Assembly: GCA_048013815.1 (NCBI GenBank)
Contig: CM106586.1
Location: forward strand, 3,720,001 to 3,784,000
Origin: Setoptus koraiensis
Taxonomy: Eukaryota > Animalia > Arthropoda
Direction of reading: 5' to 3'
DNA: 64,000 nt
The notes beneath the pieces are model-generated. The model worked only from the letters and a program-made list of their open reading frames with translations, did not search any database and was not told the origin of the DNA. How positions within the stretch are numbered: the stretch's first letter is position 1; every line of letters starts with the position of its first letter. The position numbers and the translations under genes were made by a program. Below, piece after piece: positions 20,614 to 31,800 of the stretch.

Positions 20614-21099
20614 GGCGTTTGGTGATCCGGGCTTCTCTTCAAGCTGTGATATCAGAATAGTGCAAAAGACGACGACGATTACCGACCGACTTGGTCGTCA
20701 AATGCACCCCAGATCAGCTTTCATTTGTGTTCACATGTGATCGCTTGCACGTTTTTTTTTTCTTGATTCTGCGCACATTTGGCATTTCCATACTCTTTCG
20801 CTCAAGGTAATCGAACATGGCTCCTTCGAAAGTTCGATCCGGTATTGCACTAGACGTATTGCGTCCAGCGTAATGCGTCTCGCGACTGGACATTGCAATA
20901 GGTGACTTTGATACTCTTTCTCCATCACTCTTAGAAAAGTTCTAACCTACATAAGAAAAGCAATTAATTATCTTCCCGGTAGCAATCCTATCTTGATAGA
21001 ACAATCTGAAACAATTGTTGAATAATATTGGTCATCACAGAAATCTTTTTTTTTTAGAATAGCTATAAGTCACAATATTATTCATAGATAGTAGTAAAA

Positions 21100-21558
21100 A
21101 TGGCTCGTACAAAACAAACCAACCCCTATTTAGAGGACTTCGACAATATTGTTAGAGCTGAAAATGAACAAACGCAAGCCAAGCAACGACTTTATAAATC
21201 GATGAAGTTGGTACAAGAACTCAAAAGCGAGCTCGACAGAAGAAATCAATTCTTGAATTCATTGATGGTATCACTTGAGGAACAAAATTCCAAGGCTAAA
21301 AAGCTAAAATCTCAAATGGAGCTGCTCATCGTAGAAAAGGATCTACTACTGAACAGTGAGCGTGAAACTCTTGCGGCCATAACGGAGACTAATGAGAAAA
21401 TTTGTCAAATTCACACAGAATCGGAAGAGATTTATAAGACACATGAAAGAAATGTTTTAAGCTTCTGTGACACTCTAACACTTGAGTCTAAAATCATAAC
21501 TGCTCGTGATTACAGGAACAGGAAGACAAAATTTAACAATCTCACCGGCTCCGTATGA
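21100..21558 (+). CDS. Orphan 152-aa coiled-coil protein whose N-terminus is identical to the histone H3 tail (MARTKQT)
   Basis: Clean ORF with aaaaATGG context, in-frame TAG at 21085-21087, AATAAA at ~21578 and heptad-patterned L/E/K-rich helix; no histone fold. Confidence 0.75.
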   Translation: MARTKQTNPYLEDFDNIVRAENEQTQAKQRLYKSMKLVQELKSELDRRNQFLNSLMVSLEEQNSKAKKLKSQMELLIVEKDLLLNSERETLAAITETNEKICQIHTESEEIYKTHERNVLSFCDTLTLESKIITARDYRNRKTKFNNLTGSV

Positions 21559-21657
21559 ATGAAATTTCGATGTGGCAAATAAAAAGAAAAGTTGACTGTG
21601 TATAACGAACGATTTAATTTTATTGTTCATTAATATTTACTTGTAGAGACGTTAAGT

Positions 21658-22929
21658 TCACTCTGCATATTGTACTTCATTAGCATCATCAGCATGCCCG
21701 CTACTTTCTGAGTTGGAACCATCTAATACTTCTGAATCATCTTCATCATCGTCATCATCATCGTCGTCTCCTCCATCGCCTAAATCCCCTTCTCCGTCTC
21801 CGTCTTCTTCTTCATCATCTTCATCTATGACAACGGCATCATCGTCGTCTTCGTCGTCGTCATCATCATCGTCTTCATCGGAATCATTGACAGCACCACT
21901 CTCATCTTGAATCAAATAGTACTGTAGAGGATTCGGCCAGATTTCCTCTTTTAAAGCCTCGGCGATATCATCTGAAAATGCGTCTGAATTATCTAAAAAC
22001 CAAGAAAAGAATGTCCTTGGCTCTTGTTGTCTGTTTCTGGCGGTTGAGTTATTCAATTTAGCTTCTCTTGCAACCATACAGCTTTCCTTCAAACGATTTG
22101 CCTGTTCTGTATCTTTGAATTGAATCTGTGTTGAATTTGATCCTGGATAAACTCTGCTACGGAGATCTAGCTCTTTCACTAGCTCTGTATTTGAGAAATA
22201 TGGATTTTCTTGAAAGTAAAATTTTATTCTGTAACCAGATTTGATATCTTCGAACTCTTCAACATCCAATCTAGTTAGATAATGTAGACAATCTTCGTCG
22301 TCCTCATCTAACATGGCTGATATGTGCGGGTGATTTATGAATGTGGATATCCAGAAATTTGGTATACCTTGAAGTAGTTCATTGCGTTTCTCATAATGTG
22401 GCTTACGCAATTGATTGAATCTTTGTTCGACTTTCAATATTTCCTCGCTGGCCTTTTCGTTTAAGTTCTCAATTTCATTTTGAATAGCCTCTACATCTTC
22501 AAGGCATTTAGCAATAGTTGGATCAAGATCTGGCTCGTCTTCATCGGCGTCATCGTCATCATCAGCCGCATCGTCGTCACCAGAGGTTGCTGTTGCTCCT
22601 TGATCGCCAGCTGATTTTTTGTTATTACTATTGGCCTGTTGTGTGTGTATGTTATTTTTCACGGCATCACCAGAATCTGCTAATGGTTTGGTAATTTTAC
22701 TACAACTACTTGTACTATTATTGTTGTTATTTTCGCTTAAATTATAATTATTTGATTTGTGTTCAGCATCGCCATTATTTGTCGATTTATTGGGTGTGTT
22801 AGTGGTTGTTGTGGCGGCATTAGCTGAGGGTACTTCTTCAGGTGCCTCGGTGTTGCTATCAAATTTAACTTTCTTGGCGCTGGGCTCAACAAGCGTTGAT
22901 CCGTCGGTAGTTTGTTCTGATGAAGACAT
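21658..22929 (-). CDS. SET: SET/TAF-I (NAP-family histone chaperone, INHAT subunit)
   Basis: IQNEIENLNEKASEEILKVEQRFN, IPNFW..TF.NHP, VEEFEDIKSGYRIKFYFQENPYF, IAEALKEEIWPNPLQYY, long acidic tail; 5'UTR acceptor ttacag just upstream. Confidence 0.95.
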   Translation of the reverse strand: MSSSEQTTDGSTLVEPSAKKVKFDSNTEAPEEVPSANAATTTTNTPNKSTNNGDAEHKSNNYNLSENNNNNSTSSCSKITKPLADSGDAVKNNIHTQQANSNNKKSAGDQGATATSGDDDAADDDDDADEDEPDLDPTIAKCLEDVEAIQNEIENLNEKASEEILKVEQRFNQLRKPHYEKRNELLQGIPNFWISTFINHPHISAMLDEDDEDCLHYLTRLDVEEFEDIKSGYRIKFYFQENPYFSNTELVKELDLRSRVYPGSNSTQIQFKDTEQANRLKESCMVAREAKLNNSTARNRQQEPRTFFSWFLDNSDAFSDDIAEALKEEIWPNPLQYYLIQDESGAVNDSDEDDDDDDDEDDDDAVVIDEDDEEEDGDGEGDLGDGGDDDDDDDDEDDSEVLDGSNSESSGHADDANEVQYAE

Positions 22930-23718
22930 GATTGTTTTATCTGTAATGTAATAACAGCCTCTGATTTTATTAAAATTATAATTGTTTATATCATGTAGTG
23001 TTAGAGTGTGTGTAAAGGAGTGACATGGGTAGACACATTCATATATATAATTTGTATAACTATAGAATTACAAGAGTTGAATATGTGTAAGCCAAAAAGA
23101 AGAAAAATGGACGCGATGCCTCAAAAACAATTCCCACTCACAAAACAAGCTTTACCAATGCTACACAACTATCGACTGTGAGATGACGGTTTTGGCTGGA
23201 CGGGGGAAAGAAATGCGCACATTTGTATGTGAACCATCCTAGCCGCGTTATATCATTTCCCCCTCGCAAAACTATACACTAGCACAGCATAGTTGTGTAC
23301 CTTTTTCCGCTCTTCTCTGTGTGCCTCCATTTAACTTGAACACAAAGCGTACACACACCGATAGAATGTGTGTGTTCATTTTATTTTCTCTATATTTATT
23401 CTCACGTCGTCTGCCATGATCGCCTGCTCACACACACACACACGAAAACTGCTGCTGCCCAGTATGCGGCTCTTTACAATCCACATACGCCCGTTTATAG
23501 GAAAATCCGCGAGGGGCGCTAGTGTAGCCCGAAGAATGCACAACCAAACATAGACTGTTCAAATAAATGTTTCTCTTTTTTGGTTTCACTCTTAGGCTCG
23601 CACTAAAGCAAATGAGTGTACGCGCTTTTAGACGCAAGGAGCGCATTGTGTTGGAAAAATGTTCGCCACATTCTGGTCTTGCACATTATTCTATTTAAAC
23701 TGGCTACTGTGCCAATCT

Positions 23719-24423
23719 TCAGACGCTCGATTTGAGTGCCTTCTTTATTAAAGCATGATCTTCAAGAATTTCGTGTTCGCGTAACATGTAAATAATGTAA
23801 GGTCCTGTGACTGACACAGGTTTCCTTCTTCTATCTGGCACGAATAGATGGTCTCTGGTGCCAACAAAATGTTCAGGGAACTTGGTGCTGGAGGTTTCAT
23901 TGTTCAATGCCCATAATGAATCTATGGAGTTTCTGTCCTCGTCTAAGCGACGCAACTTATCTTCTATATCACTTCTGATCTGATTAATAATTGACTGCTT
24001 TTCAGATTCATAATTTTGTTCGGCAGCGTATTGCTCGGCCTCAAACTGACAACGGATATTCTCCAATCTGAGCTCTTTGAGAATACCAGCAACTTCTGTC
24101 CTGATCCTCATTTGATCTAGTAGATCCTCTTTAGGTTGAAGATATTCGGGTGCTCGTTCGGCTTTGACCTCAGCTAATTTTGCGATGACACTCTCCTTTC
24201 GAGCTAGATATAATTTTTCTCTCAATTGTAGAAATTGCCTCTCAAGTTCGGTTAAATCATTTAGTAGGATGGCTTTACGGCGGTCACTTTCATCTTCATC
24301 AATTTCTGACGACGAAGCATCATTATCGTCGTCACTCTGTCCATTATTTAATCCGGAATCTGTATCATCATTGTCGGTGTCGCTATCAGCAGAGTTATTA
24401 TCTGCCTTTGTTCTAGTCATCAT
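23719..24423 (-). CDS. BRMS1: BRMS1/BRMS1L (Sds3 family, Sin3-HDAC subunit)
   Basis: SSEIDEDESDRRK...LERQFLQLREKLY, RAPEYLQP, RRKPVSVTGPYIIYMLRE.EILED. Confidence 0.9.
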   Translation of the reverse strand: MMTRTKADNNSADSDTDNDDTDSGLNNGQSDDDNDASSSEIDEDESDRRKAILLNDLTELERQFLQLREKLYLARKESVIAKLAEVKAERAPEYLQPKEDLLDQMRIRTEVAGILKELRLENIRCQFEAEQYAAEQNYESEKQSIINQIRSDIEDKLRRLDEDRNSIDSLWALNNETSSTKFPEHFVGTRDHLFVPDRRRKPVSVTGPYIIYMLREHEILEDHALIKKALKSSV

Positions 24424-24898
24424 TTTGAAAGGTACTCTTTAACTATACTGTAGAAGTGTGGAGTTACAGAAATTGGTAAATATGTAAATCACTCTTTAAT
24501 AAAATTTATAGTAAAATGGTACATGACCAGATGGAAACCATGTTCTTTTAATCTCTCATGAAAATACTGATATCCTTATTTATTGTGTATTACTATTATT
24601 GATTAGGTAGAACGAAAAGTCAGCTTGCTTGGATAGAATCTGCACTCACTGCTGCCTGCGGCTGCAGCTAGAACTATTTTCTGATCAGCTGCAGTGTCGC
24701 TGTCGGTCCAAAAACCGCTCGAAACTGCGGGCTGTGTTCTGTCTTCGACTGTTCCCGGGCAGACACTGACACAGTACCAACTCCATTACATGCCACATGC
24801 TGCCCACTCACACATCTTCATAACCACAATTACGATCGTTAACAATTTTTGTTTATTTACACATAATAATATACATTATAACAATTAGTGACAAAAAA

Positions 24899-26239
24899 AT
24901 GACTGAGGTAAGTTTCGATGGTGAACAACTTAAATTGGATACAGGCGAGGATGCCGAGATAATATGTGAGAAACTCGATGGCGTGCAGGTGGATGTATTG
25001 TACCTCCAAGGGAATACGTTCGGAGTTGAGGCATGCGAACGTATCGGACAATCATTATCTAAACAGTCTACACTAGTTAGGGCACATTTCAAGGACATGT
25101 TTACCTCTAGGAGCAAGGCTGAAATACCTCCAGCTTTGACTCATCTGATGACTGCAATCACTGACAGTGGAGCCAGACTGATCCTCTTAGATCTTAGTGA
25201 CAATGCTTTTGGTCCGATTGGTGTTAAAGCACTCATCAATTATTTATTAAGTGATTCCGCTCAAGATTTAGAAGAGTTGTATCTAAACAATTGCGGTATG
25301 GGTCCTGAAGGCTCCTCTACACTGGCCACAGCCCTCGGAAAACTGAGCAAGTTGAGAGTGATGGAGTGTGGACGCAACAGGCTGGAGGACAAGGGTGCCA
25401 CTGCTGTTGGAGGTGCTCTGTCCGAGCTAACAAACTTGGAGAGGCTAATGGTTCCTCAGAACGGCATAAATCCTCGAGGTATCGAACAATTAGTTGAAGT
25501 AATCAAGAGTAACAAGTCATCTCTCAAGACACTCAATATGGCTGACAACACTATCAAGGCTGATGGTTGTAGCTATCTTGCCACTGGCTTAACCGAGGCC
25601 ACATGCATTGTCGATCTCAATCTAAGCGATGCATTGCTAGGCGTAGAAGGATTCTCTTTGATTTGTAAAGCATTAGCGAAATCCAGCTACCTTGAAAATA
25701 TGACAAATTTGACCGTGGAAGGCAATGAGATTGAAGGTGACGAGATAGTTGATACAATCATTGAAACTTTTAGGCAATGCTCTAGCGATTTTACTTTGAA
25801 CCTTCTTGAGAACGAGTTCGACCAGGAACAAAGAAATATATTGAATTCACAACTTTCACCGTACATTCAAATCCTTTTAGATGAAGATGATGAAGAAGAT
25901 GATGAAGAATACCGCAGTGAACATAGCGAAGTAAATACCAGCGTTGATTTTGAACAATTGTGTGTATTATTCGTCAAATCCGCAGAAGATGATCTCAATA
26001 ACGAAGCTGATGAGTATCTAAATCAATTGTTAGAGGCGACCATTAATAATTGTTTGGGGGTACAAATACTTTCTGTAGAGTTAGGATTAGTGAAAGAAGA
26101 ATCCACAAGGAAAAAGAAGCCCTTGGCAAGTCGTGCACTAAGCTTTCTAAAAAAGAGTTCTGATAGACTCCCAGAATCTTACAGAAATCTGTTAAGTCTC
26201 ATAGATAACCCTAAAATCCAAGGTTTGACGTCCCAATGA
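24899..26239 (+). CDS. RanGAP1: Ran GTPase-activating protein 1
   Basis: LQGNTFGVEA, FKDMFTSR...EIP, LDLSDNAFGPIG, LNNCGMGPEG, GRNRLEDKGA leucine-rich repeats followed by an acidic stretch. Confidence 0.95.
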   Translation: MTEVSFDGEQLKLDTGEDAEIICEKLDGVQVDVLYLQGNTFGVEACERIGQSLSKQSTLVRAHFKDMFTSRSKAEIPPALTHLMTAITDSGARLILLDLSDNAFGPIGVKALINYLLSDSAQDLEELYLNNCGMGPEGSSTLATALGKLSKLRVMECGRNRLEDKGATAVGGALSELTNLERLMVPQNGINPRGIEQLVEVIKSNKSSLKTLNMADNTIKADGCSYLATGLTEATCIVDLNLSDALLGVEGFSLICKALAKSSYLENMTNLTVEGNEIEGDEIVDTIIETFRQCSSDFTLNLLENEFDQEQRNILNSQLSPYIQILLDEDDEEDDEEYRSEHSEVNTSVDFEQLCVLFVKSAEDDLNNEADEYLNQLLEATINNCLGVQILSVELGLVKEESTRKKKPLASRALSFLKKSSDRLPESYRNLLSLIDNPKIQGLTSQ

Positions 26240-26526
26240 ACACTTAGATGGAAAAACTGTAGAAATTCCACCTACGTTATCATAGTAAAGAGAGAATAGT
26301 CGAAGAATTGATCGGAATTTTTGCAAGTGATGATTTTTGCTGTTATTAATTCATTCAATATTGATTGGAACTACATTTATTGACGATCTTAATAAACAGC
26401 TATGGTAAATAGATGATTTTGAACAAGAGAAACAAGTCTCGATCTCATTAGTTGAATCTTGTCGATACTTTCATCGGGTACATCCATCTTGATAGTGTAT
26501 GTCCGTCCCTCTTTATTTCCGGTGAC

Positions 26527-26679
26527 TTATTTTCCTGAACAATGGTTGCAGCAATTGCAAGGATTGCATTCGCATTTATTGCCCGACGAACATGACTTGC
26601 AGCATTTGCAGTTATCGCCACAACCACAGTTACATTTTCCTCCGTCCTTAACGCATGGACAGGTGCCCTCTAATGCCAT
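26527..26679 (-). CDS. Metallothionein, 50 aa with 15 Cys (below the ORF-track size cut-off)
   Basis: Manual translation: MALEGTCPCVKDGGKCNCGCGDNCKCCKSCSSGNKCECNPCNCCNHCSGK. CxC/CC clusters, no aromatic residues; TATAAATA on the minus strand at 26821-26828. Confidence 0.9.
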   Translation of the reverse strand: MALEGTCPCVKDGGKCNCGCGDNCKCCKSCSSGNKCECNPCNCCNHCSGK

Positions 26680-27143
26680 GATTGTTAGCTTGCGTTTGCG
26701 TTATTACTTTGCTATGTAATTAATATAAACTCCTGGATGATTTGAAGCTGATCGAATGTTTGAGGTGTTAGCTGAATGGGTATCAGTGGATGACTAAAAG
26801 AGATCGTGTGACACATTCATTATTTATACTCGAAGATTTGTATCACTTTTGTTTGGCATATGGATGATTCATTGTTCCAGATTGTTCCACTCCCATCACG
26901 AGTGTACGCACTTCAGGGTTTAATTCGTAAACATAATTCACATGATAATGTACGATCGATTGCTATCAATCGTATCACACTCTATGAACAATCTCACTTG
27001 GTTCCGAATCAGATAAGAACACTTAAATCAAACAAACTAGTTGCTATCGTACTAAAGTATTAGTTTTGTCGCCTCTACCTTGCGTGGCAATAAATATTGT
27101 CACGAGAAATCGAGGAATCACGATAACGATTCGATCGACAGTG

Positions 27144-27488
27144 TTATTTGGATTTAAGGAATTTTACATACAGCTGGCAACCAATAATAATACATTCAGC
27201 TATGATGATTGCGATCAATAAAAATCTATTAGTGGCCAATTTTCGATTCATATTTCTGAGAACCGAATGGGTGGTATTGAGTTCTTGGTTGGCGTCTAAT
27301 AGTCGATCCCTCGTTCTTGATAGAGTTTCTCTTTGTGCAGCGAGTTCGCCCATTGTATTGGCCGCTATTTCCTCCGTTTCGTTGGAAACCTGTACAGCTC
27401 TGGTGACGCTGGCATTGGTTTGCTCCAAAATGTCAATTCCAGCTGATACTGCAATGACATGACTGTCTCCATATCTTGAGGATTGCAT
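27144..27488 (-). CDS. VTI1: VTI1-like Qb-SNARE reduced to SNARE motif plus TM anchor
   Basis: LEQTNASVTRAVQVSNETEEIAANTMGELAAQRETLSRTRDRL...ILRNMNRK-type SNARE core (0-layer Q) and a C-terminal TM helix. Confidence 0.82.
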   Translation of the reverse strand: MQSSRYGDSHVIAVSAGIDILEQTNASVTRAVQVSNETEEIAANTMGELAAQRETLSRTRDRLLDANQELNTTHSVLRNMNRKLATNRFLLIAIIIAECIIIGCQLYVKFLKSK

Positions 27489-27980
27489 CAGGATAAAAAC
27501 GGGAATGTGTTGAATTTAGAAATTGAGTATAATTATCTTGTGAGGGTCGATCAACTCAATGGTTCTGTAGCAAGATCTTTGGCGCTGACCGCTAGTATTT
27601 GCATCTGATCATGCAATCGTAAATAGACGTAAATATAAAATGAGCATCATGTCTATCGAATTCCAGCAAAGAGGTGGGCAAAAATCTTCCGCTGCGCATC
27701 ATCGGCCGATTGTCAAGCCGCTCTATCGCAAAATGTGGGCGTTTCGCCGGAGTGATCAATGTGGTACTTCGAATTAAACTCTTTCTAGTCAAATGAGGTT
27801 ATTGTATTCACCTACGACCCCATTAGTCAATCGGTTATATTTTAGCCACGCTGGTTTAGCAACGGAATGTACTTAACCTTTTTTACTCATGATACTCTGA
27901 TCACAATCCTTTTAGAGTACAACCCCATACCTCAATCTCTACCTGAACGGGTAAACGGGCGCGTCATAGGTGCGCTACAG

Positions 27981-28405
27981 CTAGCGCTGTGGGCACAACG
28001 CATCCCAAGTTGGGCATGCCCAAGAACCTTTGGGTCGCAGAGATGCCCAATCGGGCAGCGATCAGGTGGGCCGCACTAGGATGCACAGCGGAAGAGCCGA
28101 TTTTTGAACCGACTCGATATATTGGACGATATTTGGAAAGTAAAAACATTTAGGTCATTTTATTGAAGTTATTTTGTTGCTCGATGGTATCCAAGTATCG
28201 TTGTCTTGCCTTTACGATCGACCCAAGTCGGGCTTGAAATATTTGCTTAGTCCCTTCAATGACTAATCGCTAGTGCTAAAACACCATTGGATGTTTATTC
28301 TGTTCAGGGATCAGCTCTTTTTGTGCTTGTTAGGGCGGCCCACCTGATTGCGGCTCAGTCCGGCGTGCCCGTACCCGAATGCGCAGGCCGTACCCACAGA
28401 GCTAG
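27981..28405. repeat. Degenerate inverted repeat (arms ~27981-28097 and ~28314-28405) in the VTI1/MED1 divergent promoter
   Basis: Perfect 14-bp core ATCAGGTGGGCCGC (28061-28074) versus GCGGCCCACCTGAT (28335-28348), plus CTAGC.CTGTGGG.AC and AAGAGC matches in mirrored order. Confidence 0.75.
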
Positions 28406-28830
28406 TCAAAGCACTGAGTTCGGGATCATCAAGTAAAAATGCCCGCATGAACCCTAGACTAGCGCATGCGCTTGGTCCAATGGCCAAATAGAGCAGGTAT
28501 CTATTAAGAAATTCTCATATACTTTTCTTTATATTTGTAATCTCGGTTACGACAACCTTAAAAATATTTCTATTGATCCGATCTCAAAAATTGCAATTAC
28601 ATCCAAGTTTTGACTAGGATTTATATCTATCATCATTATTACGTGCAGTTTTTACTATTTGAAAATACGTTATTATATCGATGCACTGTTGATCGTTGGG
28701 ATATCTATAATAAAACATCCAAGGATAGATAAGGATAGACAGCTCATGGTGACAGAGACAGGGATCAATAATGGAATTGATGAGACATCACTAATAAACA
28801 TATAATTATTATCATCAAGAGATAAACAAG

Positions 28831-31800
28831 ATGAGGGCTCAGACCATGTATGATCGGTTGAGCTCAATAACTCAACGGATCCCTGGTATGAAAATAAATC
28901 AAGGGGGCATAGGAGGGGTTTTTATAAGCACGGACATGTTTTATATCGAGATACTCATGGATGCTTCCCGTGTCAAAGTAGTTGAAGTTAAAGTTGCCCA
29001 CAACTCAGAACCTAGTCCCTGCCCCGTATTAACTCAAGTACTCTTCAACAATGATCTGGAAACATTTGCCCGCCATCTGGAAGGTTTCGCATCGATATAT
29101 CAGCTCAACACTGACAAGAAGCAAAAACACAGGGCTTATACTGCATTGACTTCATTAGAAACTGACCTATCCAAATTGTCCAACGTACAAAGGTAATAAA
29201 TCTGCCATACTCAGGATATGACGGGATAAATTCTGGATGATTGCTCTTCCATACATTCAATTACAAAAATCAATAACTCTAGGCTAGAATATATAATCCA
29301 GGGTATAATATATATCAATTATCTGCATCTCTCTTCTTCTCTTTCTTAAAACATCAAACGTAATCCAGTACAAGCATCAACAGTTGCTATAATATGCTGC
29401 ACAGATCGCCTGTTGGCGTTTTGGAGCCAAGGAAAGGAGGTCTCCCCGTAAAGATGACTTACTTTATTTCCCCGTATGACCTGGTTGACGTTTCTAGAAA
29501 AGAAATTGTCAACTTAACCATAAGCAGTAAGTTTCGAGAAGATTATTACAACCAATTAACAGTACTGAACAGTTAGTCTCCAAAGATTTAACATGTGTTT
29601 TTATCATTAGATATCATGGACAAAAATCTGGGCTTATCCGTCACTGTAGGAATTGAGGGATCCAACACTGCACACATATTGCAAACCACTACCCTAATGA
29701 GCATCCGCGAGAGCCGGGATGGGAAGAGTCTACCACTCTCAGCCCCCCATGTGGCTAATAATTCTGCCTCGCTACCTGCATATTTTGTTATGAAACTATC
29801 GAAACCGATGCCTATATCAATGAGTATCATTAGTGAGATAGACCAGCATATCAAGATTCAACAATTTTCTGCGAATATAACTCAGGAGCCACTTATAAAT
29901 CTCATCGCTAGGCAACAACTTGATTCCACTAATACTACCACTGATGAGGGACTAGACTTTAGGAAATCAGTCTTCTGCGCTAAATTCTTAGATCAGCATC
30001 ATATATACCACGTTTCCGGGCCACATGTAGAAAAGTTCACTGGTGCCATGGTGACCAAGATTCCGTTTACTCATCCTACAAATATACCTAGTATTTTGAA
30101 ACTTTTGCGGCAACAAGCATTGTTTAATTTTATTATAGGTAGCTGTATACGTGAGTGTAGGCCTCTCGATTTACCCTTGCCATCAGACGAAAACCATAAA
30201 GATGTGCAGATACTTGACATCAATCCGATAAGTCTTACATCGATTTGCATCACATTTGAACACCCGTCAAAGGAGTCACTCGCAACACTGGAAATCGATC
30301 TTGGAGATATAAATAGGGATGATATCAGATGTCAACTTCATGCATTAAACATGGGCACTGTATGCAGTGATGAATTTGCTTCAAAAATTTTGCAAAAGTG
30401 TTGGTCTATACCCATCACGATGAAATCTGTCATCAAGAAATGTCTCGAAAAAACTGAGCATCTACAGCAAGAGATGGAGAGAAAGAAAGAAAGAGAGGAG
30501 CTCCAACTTTATATTTTAAAAGACAGTTCTCAGCAGGCTTATCAGAATCCTTTGACACAGTCTGGTCGAGATGCTAATAACCCTTATCTTTTTGATAGCG
30601 TCCACGGAGAAATATTAACAGACAATCTATTATTTCCACCAAGTAATGCGATAAACACCCAGAATTCTGTTCCAACTGGCAACTCTAGTGCATCGTTTCT
30701 AGCTAGCCTGACTGATAATCTACACAGATCTAATTCATCCAAATCTGATGTCTCCAATTTGAGCCAATCTCAGTACCTCAAAAGATTTGTGTGTCAACCC
30801 AGAGCTAAAACAGATATTCAACCTTCTATAAACAACCTGCGACTATCAGGTTTGCCTAACAAGGCAAGTTCTCAATCACAGACAAACATCAAACTTGAGG
30901 GTAGCGTACCGATCAAGAAAACCTCAGTATCAAAACAATCAAATACAATGCTTATGTCTATGTTGAGTGATATACCTGCCGCTAATACACAAAGTAACCA
31001 ATTTATTCAGTGCAACCGTCCAACTAGCCAGAATAGTTGTAATCAAAGAAATTTGAATATTCATCGCCCGTTGCAAGGTCATTCTGTAACCAATAAGCAG
31101 AGTCCAGGCCAATTTTCATCCACAGGACACCTAAATCAAAAGCAGACCAGTGATGTCGATTCCGGTGTTGTCGAAAAACAAAAGAAAACCAGAAAGAGAA
31201 AAAGTGGTCTAGATGCAGAGGGTGTAAATCAAGCATTCGGTCCTCGGAGCCCAAAGGGTCGTAAAGGATCGGATGAACTACAAAGCAATGCGATTTCTAT
31301 AGAAAACAGTCAAGGAGGGATTTCTAAATCTAACCTGCCCAACATTATATTGCCTGGTCGGGTCGATATCAAACTAAAAAATGATCAATCTCGCCAAAAC
31401 AACCCAACTATATCATATATCTCGACTCAACAAAATAATCCATCAAAATTTTCTGCAACGCAGGAATCCCCTGGATCCAGTACAATTATCCAACGCCGTG
31501 ACAACTTTGAGAATGACAACATCAAAAAAGAAAAGAAGCGCAAACGTGCTGAAAGTACCGAAAATACAAAATTAGGTAAGTGACCATGATTGAATGCAGA
31601 AATTAATCCACTAAAATCTTTTTATATATGCTGATGGAAGATTTTTTTTCTTCATATCTGTTCCTAATGAATACCATTACAGCATCGAGCAATGCCCCTT
31701 CATCATCATCAGTAGGGTGCCAATCTTCGGGTAGCAACAATAAAGTGAATGCTTCAGGAGGTCAAGCACAAGTGAAATCTGGCGTACAAACTAATACCGG

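Noticed and set aside
20825-20850. GTTCGATCC T-loop-like word
   Set aside because: The flanks do not form a T-stem and no tRNA structure is present.
24908-24913. Perfect GTAAGT donor after RanGAP codon 3
   Set aside because: The downstream residues (VSFDGEQLKLDT) match the conserved RanGAP N-terminus, so the site is coding; at most a cryptic donor.
26459-26719. ORF-track 86-aa plus-strand ORF
   Set aside because: Antisense shadow of the metallothionein.
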